Part shown: in pieces, positions 29,817 to 39,410 of the stretch
How the letters are laid out: every line of letters begins with the position of its first letter
Position numbering within the stretch: the first letter of the stretch is position 1
Source: Candidatus Bathyarchaeota archaeon
GTDB lineage: Archaea > Thermoproteota > Bathyarchaeia > 40CM-2-53-6
Length of the DNA stretch: 64,000 bases
Reading direction: 5' to 3'
Assembly: GCA_963733055.1 (NCBI GenBank)
Contig: CAVTBR010000002.1
Coordinates: forward strand, 256,001 to 320,000
Notes under the pieces: generated by a model
Database searches by the model: none
The model's input: the letters and a program-made list of their open reading frames with translations, nothing else
What the model was told of the DNA's origin: nothing
Program-made: the position numbers and the translations under genes

Positions 29817-30632
29817 TTGGGCTACAGTACACGCGGACTTTCAAACCGTCTTGCCTTGATTCTCAGCTGTGTTTTGTTCAATATTCTATTCGAGTACTCT
29901 GGGCGCGGCATCACCGCGTTAACAAGAACTCCAACGTTGTTTTTGTTCTTGGTTGGAATCTACTTATCATATTTCGCGATGTTCGAAGATCTATTGGTAA
30001 GGTACAGGCTGAACAATCTTCAGATAATCCTGATTGGAATGATATATGGAAACCTGGCAGCAGCTTTCCTTACAGGGAACCTCTTCAATCGCACGATAAA
30101 CTGGGCCGTCATCATAGCCGGAGTCAACGTTGGTAGTCTGATCCTTATCGTTCTCTGCGCGTGGGGAGTCATGCAAGCCATCATAACATTCTACTTCGCC
30201 AACCGGATTACAGAGCGTGATTGGGGACACCCGAGAATGGGTGTCTTCGGATGGGGCGCATCAATCCTATTCCAGCTCGTAATCTTTGTCCTAGCTTCAC
30301 GAAATCCAGTCACTCCCCATGGGACGGAGACGGGTTACCTCATTCTCTTCGCAATTGAGGTGGCGCTATTGGCAGTCTTTCTCTTCACGCTCAGGCGACC
30401 CAGGCGCGAGAAAGCTTCGGCATTTGTTGCCTTGCCAATAATGAACATCTTGATCGTCGTGTCAGTTGTATTGTTTCTTGTACTCGGCACGTTCTTCTCG
30501 TTCGGTGCCACGGTTGTGACTTCACATGTCCTGAACCGTGGCCCAGCTATGATTGAAGTAATGTGGACCGGCTTCGCGGCCATGGTCTTCATTCTATATC
30601 GCATTTGGCGGAGGAAGGAAATCACAGTTTAG
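29817..30632 (+). CDS. Multi-pass membrane protein (about 8 TM), unknown function
   Basis: 271-aa ORF with alternating hydrophobic helices. Confidence 0.75.
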   Translation: MGYSTRGLSNRLALILSCVLFNILFEYSGRGITALTRTPTLFLFLVGIYLSYFAMFEDLLVRYRLNNLQIILIGMIYGNLAAAFLTGNLFNRTINWAVIIAGVNVGSLILIVLCAWGVMQAIITFYFANRITERDWGHPRMGVFGWGASILFQLVIFVLASRNPVTPHGTETGYLILFAIEVALLAVFLFTLRRPRREKASAFVALPIMNILIVVSVVLFLVLGTFFSFGATVVTSHVLNRGPAMIEVMWTGFAAMVFILYRIWRRKEITV

Positions 30633-30757
30633 AGAACCCAAGAAGCGTACGCAACGTTATAGTAAGCACGCGTGTCAAATGCTACATCATCAGCAGGAAA
30701 AACGGGTGTCAAGAGAGGCGAACTAATGCCAATTCCTTCAACTTATTGGCGCGAGTT

Positions 30758-31606
30758 ATGACGGCGGCAGAAGAGAGTAAAGAGCCCTCCAGACCCAAAC
30801 TGACTCCCGAATATTCTCCTAAGGGCGTATTCGTTGCTGAAGTAGCCACCCCTGAGAGTCGCTTAACACAATTCAGTATTGGGTTCACAAGCGACAAGCC
30901 AGGCAATATTAGAGCAGTGGCAGTTATTCTCGAAAAACACAAGGTGAACATTCTCTCCGGCTCTCACGAGCCAGCTCGCTGGAGTTTCTTCGCTGATCTA
31001 AGCCAATCCGACGCAGGTACGAGTCAACTAGCTCAGGAATTGAGTAATGACCCACACATAAAGACGGTCCAAACTCAAGATGGATTGAACGGCGTGATCG
31101 TGGACGCTCTTCACCACCCCCTCATGATGGGAAAAAACCGGGCGATTCTGTTTAGACTTGACACCATAGGCTCGGTGTTCTCTCGGCCTCGAGAAATTTT
31201 CGGCGCTGAGGGACAACTGGGAAAGGTACTGCTCCACCAGATGGGTCGAGCTGGCGGTCAATCGTCTACTAAGGCATTCTTGGACAGCATGGGCAAGGAC
31301 AGCATCCGAGAACAGCTATCAAACATAATGAACATGTATGCCGCGGGAGGGTGGGGAATCTTCAAACTGTTGGAAGTAGATTTCGATCGCGGAGTTGCAG
31401 TTGTTCAAGCATTTGAGAACTTTGAATGCTTAACGCATCGAGGCGAGGGAGGCGAGCCGTATAGTCAGTACGTCCGGGGAGACTTAGCGGGGCTGTTCTC
31501 AGAAGTTTTCGATAGAAAAGTAGATGTCGTCGAAACCCAGTGCGTTGTGCAAGGCGCGCCCTTCTGCCGGTTCGAAATTGCACCAGCGACTAAGGGCACA
31601 ACCTAG
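30758..31606 (+). CDS. ACT-domain + V4R (4-vinyl reductase) domain ligand-binding protein
   Basis: ACT motif DKPG...KHKVNILSG; V4R motifs GWG, ENFEC, RG..AG and ETQC...G..FC.FEI; ATG 30758 inferred. Confidence 0.85.
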   Translation: MTAAEESKEPSRPKLTPEYSPKGVFVAEVATPESRLTQFSIGFTSDKPGNIRAVAVILEKHKVNILSGSHEPARWSFFADLSQSDAGTSQLAQELSNDPHIKTVQTQDGLNGVIVDALHHPLMMGKNRAILFRLDTIGSVFSRPREIFGAEGQLGKVLLHQMGRAGGQSSTKAFLDSMGKDSIREQLSNIMNMYAAGGWGIFKLLEVDFDRGVAVVQAFENFECLTHRGEGGEPYSQYVRGDLAGLFSEVFDRKVDVVETQCVVQGAPFCRFEIAPATKGTT

Positions 31607-31673
31607 GATGCGAACCAGTGAAGCACAATTTCGGAGACTGGAATCTGGTGCTCCGAATCACCTGTCTTTCGCT

Positions 31674-32213
31674 CTACAGGATTATGCCCATAATTAGCTG
31701 GTCACGATATTTACCGTCATCATCCAGGAACGCCTCTTTCATTCGTCCCTCGTGTTGAAAACCCGCCCGTTCGTATGCTTTGATCGCCCCCTCATTGTCG
31801 GCAACAACTTCCAAGGTGACCCGGTGGAATCCTTTGCTTTTGGCTTCTTGCAGAATCGTTGTCGCGAGAAATGTTCCCAATCCTTTCGAATGGTAGTCTT
31901 GATGGATGTAGGTTACGAACTCGCCTATTCCCTTGAGCCTCGTGCGCCCCCTACCATATATCATCGCTACTCCCACAACTCTCGTACCCTCAAAGGCTAG
32001 GAGGAGGACTCCCCCTTCCAGGCCCGACATCCATCTTCCTAGACGCACGCGGTCGTAAGGCGGAAGCCCATACCGTAGGGCTTCTGGGCTGAGGCTTTCG
32101 AACATGACCAACATAGCTTCGAAATCCTCAGGCTCAAACGACCGAACTGTGACGATCCTGCCGTCTTTCATGCGAAAATCCATGTCAACCCGAACGAAAA
32201 TTGTGTTCGCCAA
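31674..32213 (-). CDS. GNAT-family N-acetyltransferase
   Basis: YHSKGLGT and N.GAIKAYERAGF; true start may be the ATG at 32183. Confidence 0.88.
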   Translation of the reverse strand: MANTIFVRVDMDFRMKDGRIVTVRSFEPEDFEAMLVMFESLSPEALRYGLPPYDRVRLGRWMSGLEGGVLLLAFEGTRVVGVAMIYGRGRTRLKGIGEFVTYIHQDYHSKGLGTFLATTILQEAKSKGFHRVTLEVVADNEGAIKAYERAGFQHEGRMKEAFLDDDGKYRDQLIMGIIL

Positions 32214-32254
32214 GAAATAATCATATTGTAACTGACGTTTTGATTTTAGTAAAG

Positions 32255-32584
32255 TTACGGTGAAAGTTGGAATTCCAAGACGTCTTCCTTTCTCGATTTC
32301 AATACGACGCCAGCGCCGATCTTCACTTCGTCACTTGAGTTAGAGAGGCGGCCGATGACCCTTGGTCCCTCGTCGATATCGATGATCGCTACTACGTAGG
32401 GGGACTGATTTTCGAAACCCTGCGGGGGATATCTGATTGCGGTGAAAGTCACTACTCTTCCGCGGCCGGGAAGAAATGTCTGCTTTGTATTGCTGGAACA
32501 ACGCGGGCAGGTTTGAGCGGGATAGAAATCTGCCCAACTGCATTTCTGGCAAGCGTATGAAACGAATTCTATTGGTGCGGTCAC
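32255..32584 (-). CDS. DUF35 family Zn-ribbon/OB-fold acyl-CoA-binding protein
   Basis: CQKC...CPRC followed by an OB fold (PYVVAII..EGPRV); directly downstream of the thiolase. Confidence 0.9.
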   Translation of the reverse strand: MTAPIEFVSYACQKCSWADFYPAQTCPRCSSNTKQTFLPGRGRVVTFTAIRYPPQGFENQSPYVVAIIDIDEGPRVIGRLSNSSDEVKIGAGVVLKSRKEDVLEFQLSP

Positions 32585-32587
32585 AGG

Positions 32588-33745
32588 TTAATCCATCCTT
32601 CGAAGAATGTGTGCGGTGACGGTGCTCCCGATTCCGCCAACGCTTTGGGCAAGGCCGATTTCTGCGCCGGGGACTTGGCATTTTCCAGCTTCGTTCTTGA
32701 GTTGAAGAGCTAGCTCCGCAACTTGGTAGACCCCGCTCGCCCCGACGGGATGGCCTCTGGCCTTGAGTCCGCCGAAGGTGTTTGTTGGGAGTCGAGCGTC
32801 ACGGGCACATTCTCCTTCCTCTAGAAGTTTAGCGCCCGCACCCTTCGGTGCGAAGCCCAGGTCTTCTAGCGCCATTATTCCAAGAATGGAAAAGGCGTCG
32901 TGGACCTCAAGGAGGTCGATGTCTTCGGGTTTGATGCCTGCGAGTTTGTAGGCGCGATCTGAAGCTTTCTTGGAAGCGTCGAAGGTGGTGAGATGGGGCC
33001 TCGCGTAGAGGCTTAGGGTATCACTCGACACGCTTGAGGCTGCTACTTCCACTGGGGAGTCAGTGTATTTCTTGGCCGTCTCCGTTGGAACCATGAGAAC
33101 GGCTGCGGCTCCGTCCCCTATGCCGGAACAATCCAGAAGCCTGAGCGGATCTGCCACCAAGGGAGATTCCAAAACATCTCCCACGTCTATCTTCTTGCGA
33201 AATTGCGCTTTCGGATTGTCCAGGGCGTTTTGGTGGCACAGGACTGGGAATTCAGCCAACGCCTCGTGGGAGACGCCGTATTTGTGCATGTATTCCCTTG
33301 CGATCATGGCGTTGAGGCCGACGAATGTAACACCTGTTGATGCAACTTTCACTCTGTCCTCAGCCATCATCAACCCCGCCGTAACCTCAGGGGTAGAATA
33401 ACCGGACATCTTCTCAACCGCCCCCACCAACACGATATCCTCCAAACCCGAAAGCAAACCCTTCACAGCGGCGTTAGTGGCAACACCACCGGACGCGCAA
33501 GCGCCTTCAACCTTGTATGTGGGCACGCCTTGTTTGCCGAGCGCGGTAGCCATCAAGGCGCCTAGGTGTTCTTGGTTTTGGAGGAAACCAGACATCATGT
33601 TTCCTACGTATATGGAGTCGATCTTGTCAATTCCCGCGTCGTTGATCGCTTGGGTCGCAGCGTCGACGAATAGTTCAGTCAGGCTCTTTCCAGAGCCTGC
33701 CGTAACGGGCGTCGTTCCTACCCCGATTATCGCTGCTCCCCTCAA
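32588..33745 (-). CDS. Archaeal thiolase (acetyl-CoA C-acetyltransferase)
   Basis: EGACASG, DGAAA, EVHDAF and GGLKARGHPVGASG. Confidence 0.93.
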   Translation of the reverse strand: MRGAAIIGVGTTPVTAGSGKSLTELFVDAATQAINDAGIDKIDSIYVGNMMSGFLQNQEHLGALMATALGKQGVPTYKVEGACASGGVATNAAVKGLLSGLEDIVLVGAVEKMSGYSTPEVTAGLMMAEDRVKVASTGVTFVGLNAMIAREYMHKYGVSHEALAEFPVLCHQNALDNPKAQFRKKIDVGDVLESPLVADPLRLLDCSGIGDGAAAVLMVPTETAKKYTDSPVEVAASSVSSDTLSLYARPHLTTFDASKKASDRAYKLAGIKPEDIDLLEVHDAFSILGIMALEDLGFAPKGAGAKLLEEGECARDARLPTNTFGGLKARGHPVGASGVYQVAELALQLKNEAGKCQVPGAEIGLAQSVGGIGSTVTAHILRRMD

Positions 33746-33787
33746 GCTTCACTCCACACGAAGGCAGTAATTGGGGTAGGCTCTACG

Positions 33788-33795
33788 TTTAATTA
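33788..33795 (+). promoter_or_regulatory. TATA-like box for the 5S rRNA (possibly shared with the divergent thiolase)
   Basis: TTTAATTA about 25 nt upstream of the 5S 5' end. Confidence 0.55.
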
Positions 33796-33817
33796 TTCGC
33801 TGGACAGTGCCTGTCTT

Positions 33818-33944
33818 GGAGTTGGCGGCCATAGCTGAGGGCTAGGACCCGTTCCCATTCCGAACACGGAAGTGAATCTCTCAGGCGATTCGGGTAGTAG
33901 TGTGTTCCGAAAGGCCACGCGAGTCCCGGACCGCTGCCGACTCC
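33818..33944 (+). rRNA. rrf: 5S rRNA, stand-alone (not linked to 16S/23S)
   Basis: GGCGGCCATAGC, CCCGTTCCCATTCCGAACACGGAAGTGAA and terminal helix GGAGTTGGCGG/CTGCCGACTCC; followed by a T-run. Confidence 0.95.
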
Positions 33945-34037
33945 ATTTTTGTGACTTGGTTGATTGACGTGTAGTCAATTGAATGAATGTTTATTACCTG
34001 AAGGACGCGGTATCAAATAGAATTTCGAGGAATCTTA

Positions 34038-35177
34038 TTGTTACCTTCACTTGTCAGCATCGTCTTAGAGAACGGACCCGGCCTCTTCGGACAGAACCTG
34101 TTCACTAACCTAATCAACATAATTTGGGTTGGTTCATTCATCGCCCTCTTCCTGTTCGGGCAGCAGATTCAAAGTCGCTTAGCGCTCATGCAGATTGATG
34201 GCGCCGTAAGAAAACTTGAAAATATGAAAAACGACGCGAAGTCACTCACTATCAGAACCCTTCGCGATGTTGGAAAGGCTAAGGACGATCCGACGCCGAG
34301 ATTGAATACGCTACTTGAACAATTTCTAATCGAACCCGTAAGCATGGATCCAGCAGGGATCGTCAACAAGTTCGATCACCTTCTCGATGTTAGAGAAGCG
34401 AAGTTCAAGTCGGATGTGGCGAGGATAGCCCCAGAGGCTAACCCGACCCAAGTTAACAACCTCGAAAACCTTGTCGAGGCCACATGGGCTCTAAACTACA
34501 TGTTCAAGATTGTTAGGCATCTCTACCTGCTCGGCAAGAAGACGTTCAGCATCCTAGTCATATTCCAACTCCAAGCCTTCCTCCCCCTAATCATGCAAGA
34601 GGCTGAAGCCTACACTGGCGCGTCCAAGGCGTTCGCCGAAGGACATCCCATTGGCGACGGAGCCGGTCCGCTTGTCGCTAACAGGCTAATGCGTGGCCAC
34701 GAGAGCAGAAAGGTTCCGAAGGACATGGTCGCCGCAGAAACGACATTGGAGGGGAGAAGGGTAATCGCACTAAAGGCCGAAGGACCGGGGGGCAACGTAG
34801 GCAAACCCGGCGACGCAATTCGCCAAGTACTTGAAGAAAATAACGGGAAAGCCTCAATCATCATAATGGTAGACGCAGCCCTCAAGCTCGAGGGAGAGAA
34901 AACCGGGGAAGTAGCTGAAGGAATCGGCGCCGCGATCGGTGGCATCGGAACTGAGAGATTCAAGATAGAGGAAGAAGCCACGAAATTCGGCGTCCCCGTC
35001 TACGCCATCGTCATAAAGCAAAGTATCCTGGAGGCCGTTACCACTATGAGGAAGGAGATTGCGGAAGCCGTCGACCCCGCTATCGAGAAGATCAAACGCC
35101 TCATCCTCGAGACAACCAAAGAAGGCGAACTAGTCATAATCGCAGGCATTGGCAACACTGCGGGAATAGCACCATAG
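34038..35177 (+). CDS. DUF1512 family protein
   Basis: PVSMDPAGIV, PIGDGAGP, KAEGPGGNVGKPG, VDAALKLEGE and GIGNT. Confidence 0.85.
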   Translation: MLPSLVSIVLENGPGLFGQNLFTNLINIIWVGSFIALFLFGQQIQSRLALMQIDGAVRKLENMKNDAKSLTIRTLRDVGKAKDDPTPRLNTLLEQFLIEPVSMDPAGIVNKFDHLLDVREAKFKSDVARIAPEANPTQVNNLENLVEATWALNYMFKIVRHLYLLGKKTFSILVIFQLQAFLPLIMQEAEAYTGASKAFAEGHPIGDGAGPLVANRLMRGHESRKVPKDMVAAETTLEGRRVIALKAEGPGGNVGKPGDAIRQVLEENNGKASIIIMVDAALKLEGEKTGEVAEGIGAAIGGIGTERFKIEEEATKFGVPVYAIVIKQSILEAVTTMRKEIAEAVDPAIEKIKRLILETTKEGELVIIAGIGNTAGIAP

Positions 35178-35187
35178 GCGATAAGAT

Positions 35188-35580
35188 TTGAGCGCTAAGA
35201 CATCAGCGATCTGGGGTTACCTCATGATGGCCTTCTCGCTAGTAATCCTAGCAATATCCATGTTCGCAATGGTCCAGGCACTGAACAACTACCAAGCAGG
35301 CCAATACACCCAGTTCATAGTTTACGCACTCATGGCCTCAGTAGGAACGGTCCTCGCAATCTCATCCATTACAAAGATGCGCCAACGAATGGTCTACCTC
35401 CAACACGTAGCGGCAAAGGTACTCAGCCAGATCATTTGCGCAAGCTGCGGGTTCAAAGTGCTCCGATCGTTCAGCACGGGAGACTACATCTCCAAGGAAG
35501 TTGGCCAATGCCAACAGTGCAAGGGGAGCATGCGCGTAGACGTGATCTACGCAGAAGACGTCAACCCTAAGAAAAACTAA
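35188..35580 (+). CDS. Membrane protein with a C-terminal Zn-ribbon
   Basis: Two TM helices, then CASC...F..GDYI....CQQC. Confidence 0.75.
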   Translation: MSAKTSAIWGYLMMAFSLVILAISMFAMVQALNNYQAGQYTQFIVYALMASVGTVLAISSITKMRQRMVYLQHVAAKVLSQIICASCGFKVLRSFSTGDYISKEVGQCQQCKGSMRVDVIYAEDVNPKKN

Positions 35581-36467
35581 CCCGTCAGAATTCTGCAGCC
35601 GCCCTCAGTAACCACGACAGTATGCTCTGCCTGGGCGATGGGCTGGCCACTCGATTCCACCAGCACAGGGTACCCGACAACGCATCGCTGAGAAACCAAC
35701 TCCCCGAAAGCCGCAAAATCGCCTTCCCATGAATTGTGAATCCAACAAGACGCGAAAGGCAGAGTCTTAAACGTCTCCTTAACATAGTCAACAAGCTGAA
35801 CGGCTACTTTCGACTTGGCGCCCTTTGTTTTCACAAGCCGGTAAATGTACGCCGAGTCACCATCCTCTACCGCCCCCTCAGCGCTTCGCAGAGTTACAAA
35901 GGGCTCTACGGCGTAAATCTCCCCAACTTCAAATCGCCCGCTCTCAATCCCCGACACATTCGGGACAGACTTGCCCGCATGTAGATTGTACCGTTCTATC
36001 TTGTGCCCCGTCAGATTTCGTATCGGCTTGAAGCCATATCGTTCGATGCAACGTTCCACCACACCGCCAACATCTGAAAGCTTGCGTCCAGGCGCGATGG
36101 CTGATACGGCCTCTTGCAGCGCGGCTTCTGCGGCTATGATCATGGAATCGTATGCTGGATTAAGTGAGAGTGGAATAGCGGTGTCAGTCGCAAACCCATC
36201 TAACTCGACACCGAAATCAACCTTGACAATAGATCCGTCAGGAACGATGCTCACGTCGTCCCAAGGGCTGGTGTAGTGTGCGGCAACCTCATTGATGCCA
36301 ACGTTGCAAGGGAAAGCCGACCTACCGCCGAACTCTCGAATCTTCCCCTCAACCTCCTCACAAACATCCAGAACCTTCCTGCCCCGAACATCCATCCCCC
36401 TCACGTACTCACGAACGCGGGAGAGGATTTTTCCTGATTCAACGAATCTCTCCAACTCTTGACTCAA
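35577..36467 (-). CDS. map: Methionine aminopeptidase type II
   Basis: AFPC, AAHY, KVDFG...DTA, LTGH, EPF and AEHTV. Confidence 0.95.
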   Translation of the reverse strand: MSQELERFVESGKILSRVREYVRGMDVRGRKVLDVCEEVEGKIREFGGRSAFPCNVGINEVAAHYTSPWDDVSIVPDGSIVKVDFGVELDGFATDTAIPLSLNPAYDSMIIAAEAALQEAVSAIAPGRKLSDVGGVVERCIERYGFKPIRNLTGHKIERYNLHAGKSVPNVSGIESGRFEVGEIYAVEPFVTLRSAEGAVEDGDSAYIYRLVKTKGAKSKVAVQLVDYVKETFKTLPFASCWIHNSWEGDFAAFGELVSQRCVVGYPVLVESSGQPIAQAEHTVVVTEGGCRILTG

Positions 36468-36588
36468 ACGGGGCTAAACCTTCTTTAAACAACGCCCATT
36501 TCTCTAGCCATCTAATTAGGATTCACAACCCGTATGAAATTAGGGAAATACAAGTGAAGCATGCCCCCGAATCGGTGAAATCGAAACC

Positions 36589-37722
36589 TTGTCAACCAGC
36601 AATGAAGAAATGGTCGTAACGCCCTGGGAAGTACGAGGCAAAATAGATTACGACAAACTAATCAGAGATTTCGGAACCCAACCCATAACTCCGGAATTAC
36701 TCGAACGCATCCAGAAATTCACCGGAACCCTACATCCTCAACTGCAACGCCGCATATTCTTTTCACACCGAGACCTTGATTGGATCCTTCAACGTTACGA
36801 GGCTGGAGAGAAGTTCGTCCTCTACACAGGTAGAGGACCATCCGGACCCGTCCACATAGGCCATCTCGCACCGTGGATCTTCACCAAATACCTTCAAGAC
36901 AAATTCGGGGCCAAACTGTACTTTCAAATGACCGACGACGAAAAATTCCTCTACCACGACAACTTCTCGATCGAGGAACCCCAGAAATGGGCGTACGAAA
37001 ACGCACTGGACATAATCGCCCTCGGTTTTGATCCTAAGAAAACCAAGATCATCATGGACACGAAGAACATAGATTCCCTTTACCACCTAGCAATCCAGAT
37101 AGCCAAACGCATGACCTACTCTACAGTCCGCGCAGTCTTCGGGTTTAAAGAAAGCACGAACATTGGCATGCTCTTCTACCCAGCAATTCAAGCCGTCCCC
37201 GCATTCCTAGAATCCTACCTGACCGGAAAGAACGTCCCTTGTCTTATCCCAGCAGCGATAGACCAAGACCCGTACTGGCGAGTAGCCCGCGACGTCGCAC
37301 CAAAACTAGGTTACTACAAGCCCGCTCAAATTCACAGCAGGTTCGTGGCGGGGCTGGGACGAGGTGGGAAGATGTCCGCGTCCGAACCTGAGACATCCAT
37401 TTTCACCGTAGATTCGCCGGAAGCAGCAGAGAAGAAGATCATGGGCGCGTTCACGGGAGGAAGAAGTACAATCGAAGAACAGCGCCGTCTGGGAGCGAAC
37501 CCCGACATCTGCTCGGTCTTCTCCTACGACTACTTCCTCTTCATGGATCAAAAGGAAATCGAGGACCTACGATTCAACTGTCTGGCAGGAAATATCATGT
37601 GCGGGGAATGCAAGCAAACCTTAGCGGCGCGTGTGAAGAAATTCCTGACAGAACACCAAGAGAAACGCGAGAAAGCGAAGGACAGGTTCGAAGAATATCT
37701 CTTCAACCCAAAGGACGTCTAG
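36589..37722 (+). CDS. trpS: Tryptophanyl-tRNA synthetase (archaeal type)
   Basis: VTPW, YTGRGPS..HIGH, AIDQDPY and KMSAS. Confidence 0.96.
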   Translation: MSTSNEEMVVTPWEVRGKIDYDKLIRDFGTQPITPELLERIQKFTGTLHPQLQRRIFFSHRDLDWILQRYEAGEKFVLYTGRGPSGPVHIGHLAPWIFTKYLQDKFGAKLYFQMTDDEKFLYHDNFSIEEPQKWAYENALDIIALGFDPKKTKIIMDTKNIDSLYHLAIQIAKRMTYSTVRAVFGFKESTNIGMLFYPAIQAVPAFLESYLTGKNVPCLIPAAIDQDPYWRVARDVAPKLGYYKPAQIHSRFVAGLGRGGKMSASEPETSIFTVDSPEAAEKKIMGAFTGGRSTIEEQRRLGANPDICSVFSYDYFLFMDQKEIEDLRFNCLAGNIMCGECKQTLAARVKKFLTEHQEKREKAKDRFEEYLFNPKDV

Positions 37723-37891
37723 GCAATCTAATATACACCCACCAAGCTACCTGCCAACAATCAAGGTCGAAGCCATGATTGCAGGCGACTACCTTTTCAG
37801 GCAACGGCCTACCTCACCTCGCGGCCTATGACACACTGGCGATAGCCCCGCCGAAACCGCATTCAACATCCCGAAAGGGAGAGAGATTTTC

Positions 37892-39409
37892 TTGATTCAG
37901 CTCCGTGAAAACGAAGCGGCAGTGCTGAAAGCCCTGCAATCGTCGGGAGGCAATTGCTCTTTCGAGGAATTGGTAACGAGCTCTCGGCAGGAAAGCGCGG
38001 CGGCAACCCGCGCCCTCGCCACGCTGCAGGAAAAGCAGCTCGTAAGCGTCCGTGAGACGGAACAGATCCTACTCAAACTTACAGCGGAAGGAGCTGAGTA
38101 TGCCAAACTCGGGTTACCCGAACGAAGACTTGTCCAAGCAGTGCTGGAGTTGGGAGGCGAAGCCACGCTCGAACAAGCCTCACGACGCGCCGGAATTCAG
38201 CCAGCGATGGCATCAGTCGCTCTGGGATGGATCAAAGTCACGAAGTGGTGTGAGGTCACATCTGAACAGCAGAAAGTCGTGCTCAGAGCAGCGGGCATTC
38301 CGGATAAAACAGACCCCGAAGAGTTGCTTGAAAAATTAACAGCGAAACATGAGATCTCCTTAGACGAACTTTCCCCTAACCTGAGGAAAGAAGTGGAGAC
38401 GCTCAGACGTCGTAAACTCGTTGAGACCAGAAAACGCTCACGACGTTACATCGAGCTATCGCCTCAAGGGTGGAAAGCACTCGAGGAGGGGGTAGATGTT
38501 CCAGTCGAAGTGAGCGACCTTACTCCCGACCTACTCACGTCGCAACAATGGAAGAAGGTCACATTCAGAAAATACAATATTGCCGCCTCAGTGACTCCCT
38601 CTTGGCCGGGAAAGAAACAACCATATCGTCTGTTCCTTGACGATCTGAAGAAGAAACTCGTCAACCTAGGCTTCAAGGAAATGCTCGGCCCGACGGTCGA
38701 GCTCATGTTCTTCAACTGCGACGCACTCTTCATGCCCCAAGACCACCCAGCTCGAGAAATTCACGACATATACTTCATCAAGACAGATCAAAAAGGCGAG
38801 TTGGCTGAAAACGCGCCGTTCATGGAACCAGTCGCGAAGACGCATGAAAACGGCTGGAAAACAGGCTCAACCGGGTGGCAATATTCCTACTCCCGAGAGG
38901 AAGCCCTGAAACTCATACTCCGAAGCCAAGGCACCGCCGAAAGCGTGCGCGCACTAGTAAGTAAAGAGCTGCAGATACCCGGGAAATACTTCTCCGTAGC
39001 CAGATGCTTTAGGCCGGATCAAGTAGACCGCACTCACCTCACCGAGTTCAACCAAGTTGAAGGAATCGTAGTGGGAGCCGGGCTGTCGCTCCGAGATCTA
39101 CTCGGCGTACTTGAACGGTTCGCGATAGACATCGCCGGAGCTGAAAAGGTTCGATTCAGACCCGACTACTTCCCATTCACCGAACCGAGCATAGAGCTAC
39201 AGGCGTACAAGAAGGATGTAGGTTGGCTTGAGTTCGGAGGGTCCGGCATATTTCGCCCTGAAGTCACCAAACCATTGGGCATCGACGTTCCTGTACTGGC
39301 CTGGGGTATTGGAGCTGACCGACTCTACATGATGCGGGAAGGAATCGAAGACATACGCCTACTCTTCGCCCAAGACCTCGACTGGCTACGTAAGCAGAAG
39401 GTGCCATGA
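37892..39409 (+). CDS. pheS: Phenylalanyl-tRNA synthetase alpha subunit
   Basis: PQDHPAR, FRPDQVDRTH..EF.Q, FPFTEPS and GIFRPE; long archaeal N-terminal wHTH region. Confidence 0.96.
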   Translation: MIQLRENEAAVLKALQSSGGNCSFEELVTSSRQESAAATRALATLQEKQLVSVRETEQILLKLTAEGAEYAKLGLPERRLVQAVLELGGEATLEQASRRAGIQPAMASVALGWIKVTKWCEVTSEQQKVVLRAAGIPDKTDPEELLEKLTAKHEISLDELSPNLRKEVETLRRRKLVETRKRSRRYIELSPQGWKALEEGVDVPVEVSDLTPDLLTSQQWKKVTFRKYNIAASVTPSWPGKKQPYRLFLDDLKKKLVNLGFKEMLGPTVELMFFNCDALFMPQDHPAREIHDIYFIKTDQKGELAENAPFMEPVAKTHENGWKTGSTGWQYSYSREEALKLILRSQGTAESVRALVSKELQIPGKYFSVARCFRPDQVDRTHLTEFNQVEGIVVGAGLSLRDLLGVLERFAIDIAGAEKVRFRPDYFPFTEPSIELQAYKKDVGWLEFGGSGIFRPEVTKPLGIDVPVLAWGIGADRLYMMREGIEDIRLLFAQDLDWLRKQKVP

Positions 39410-39410
39410 A

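Noticed and set aside
33793-33978. 61-aa minus-strand ORF
   Set aside because: Antisense to the 5S rRNA
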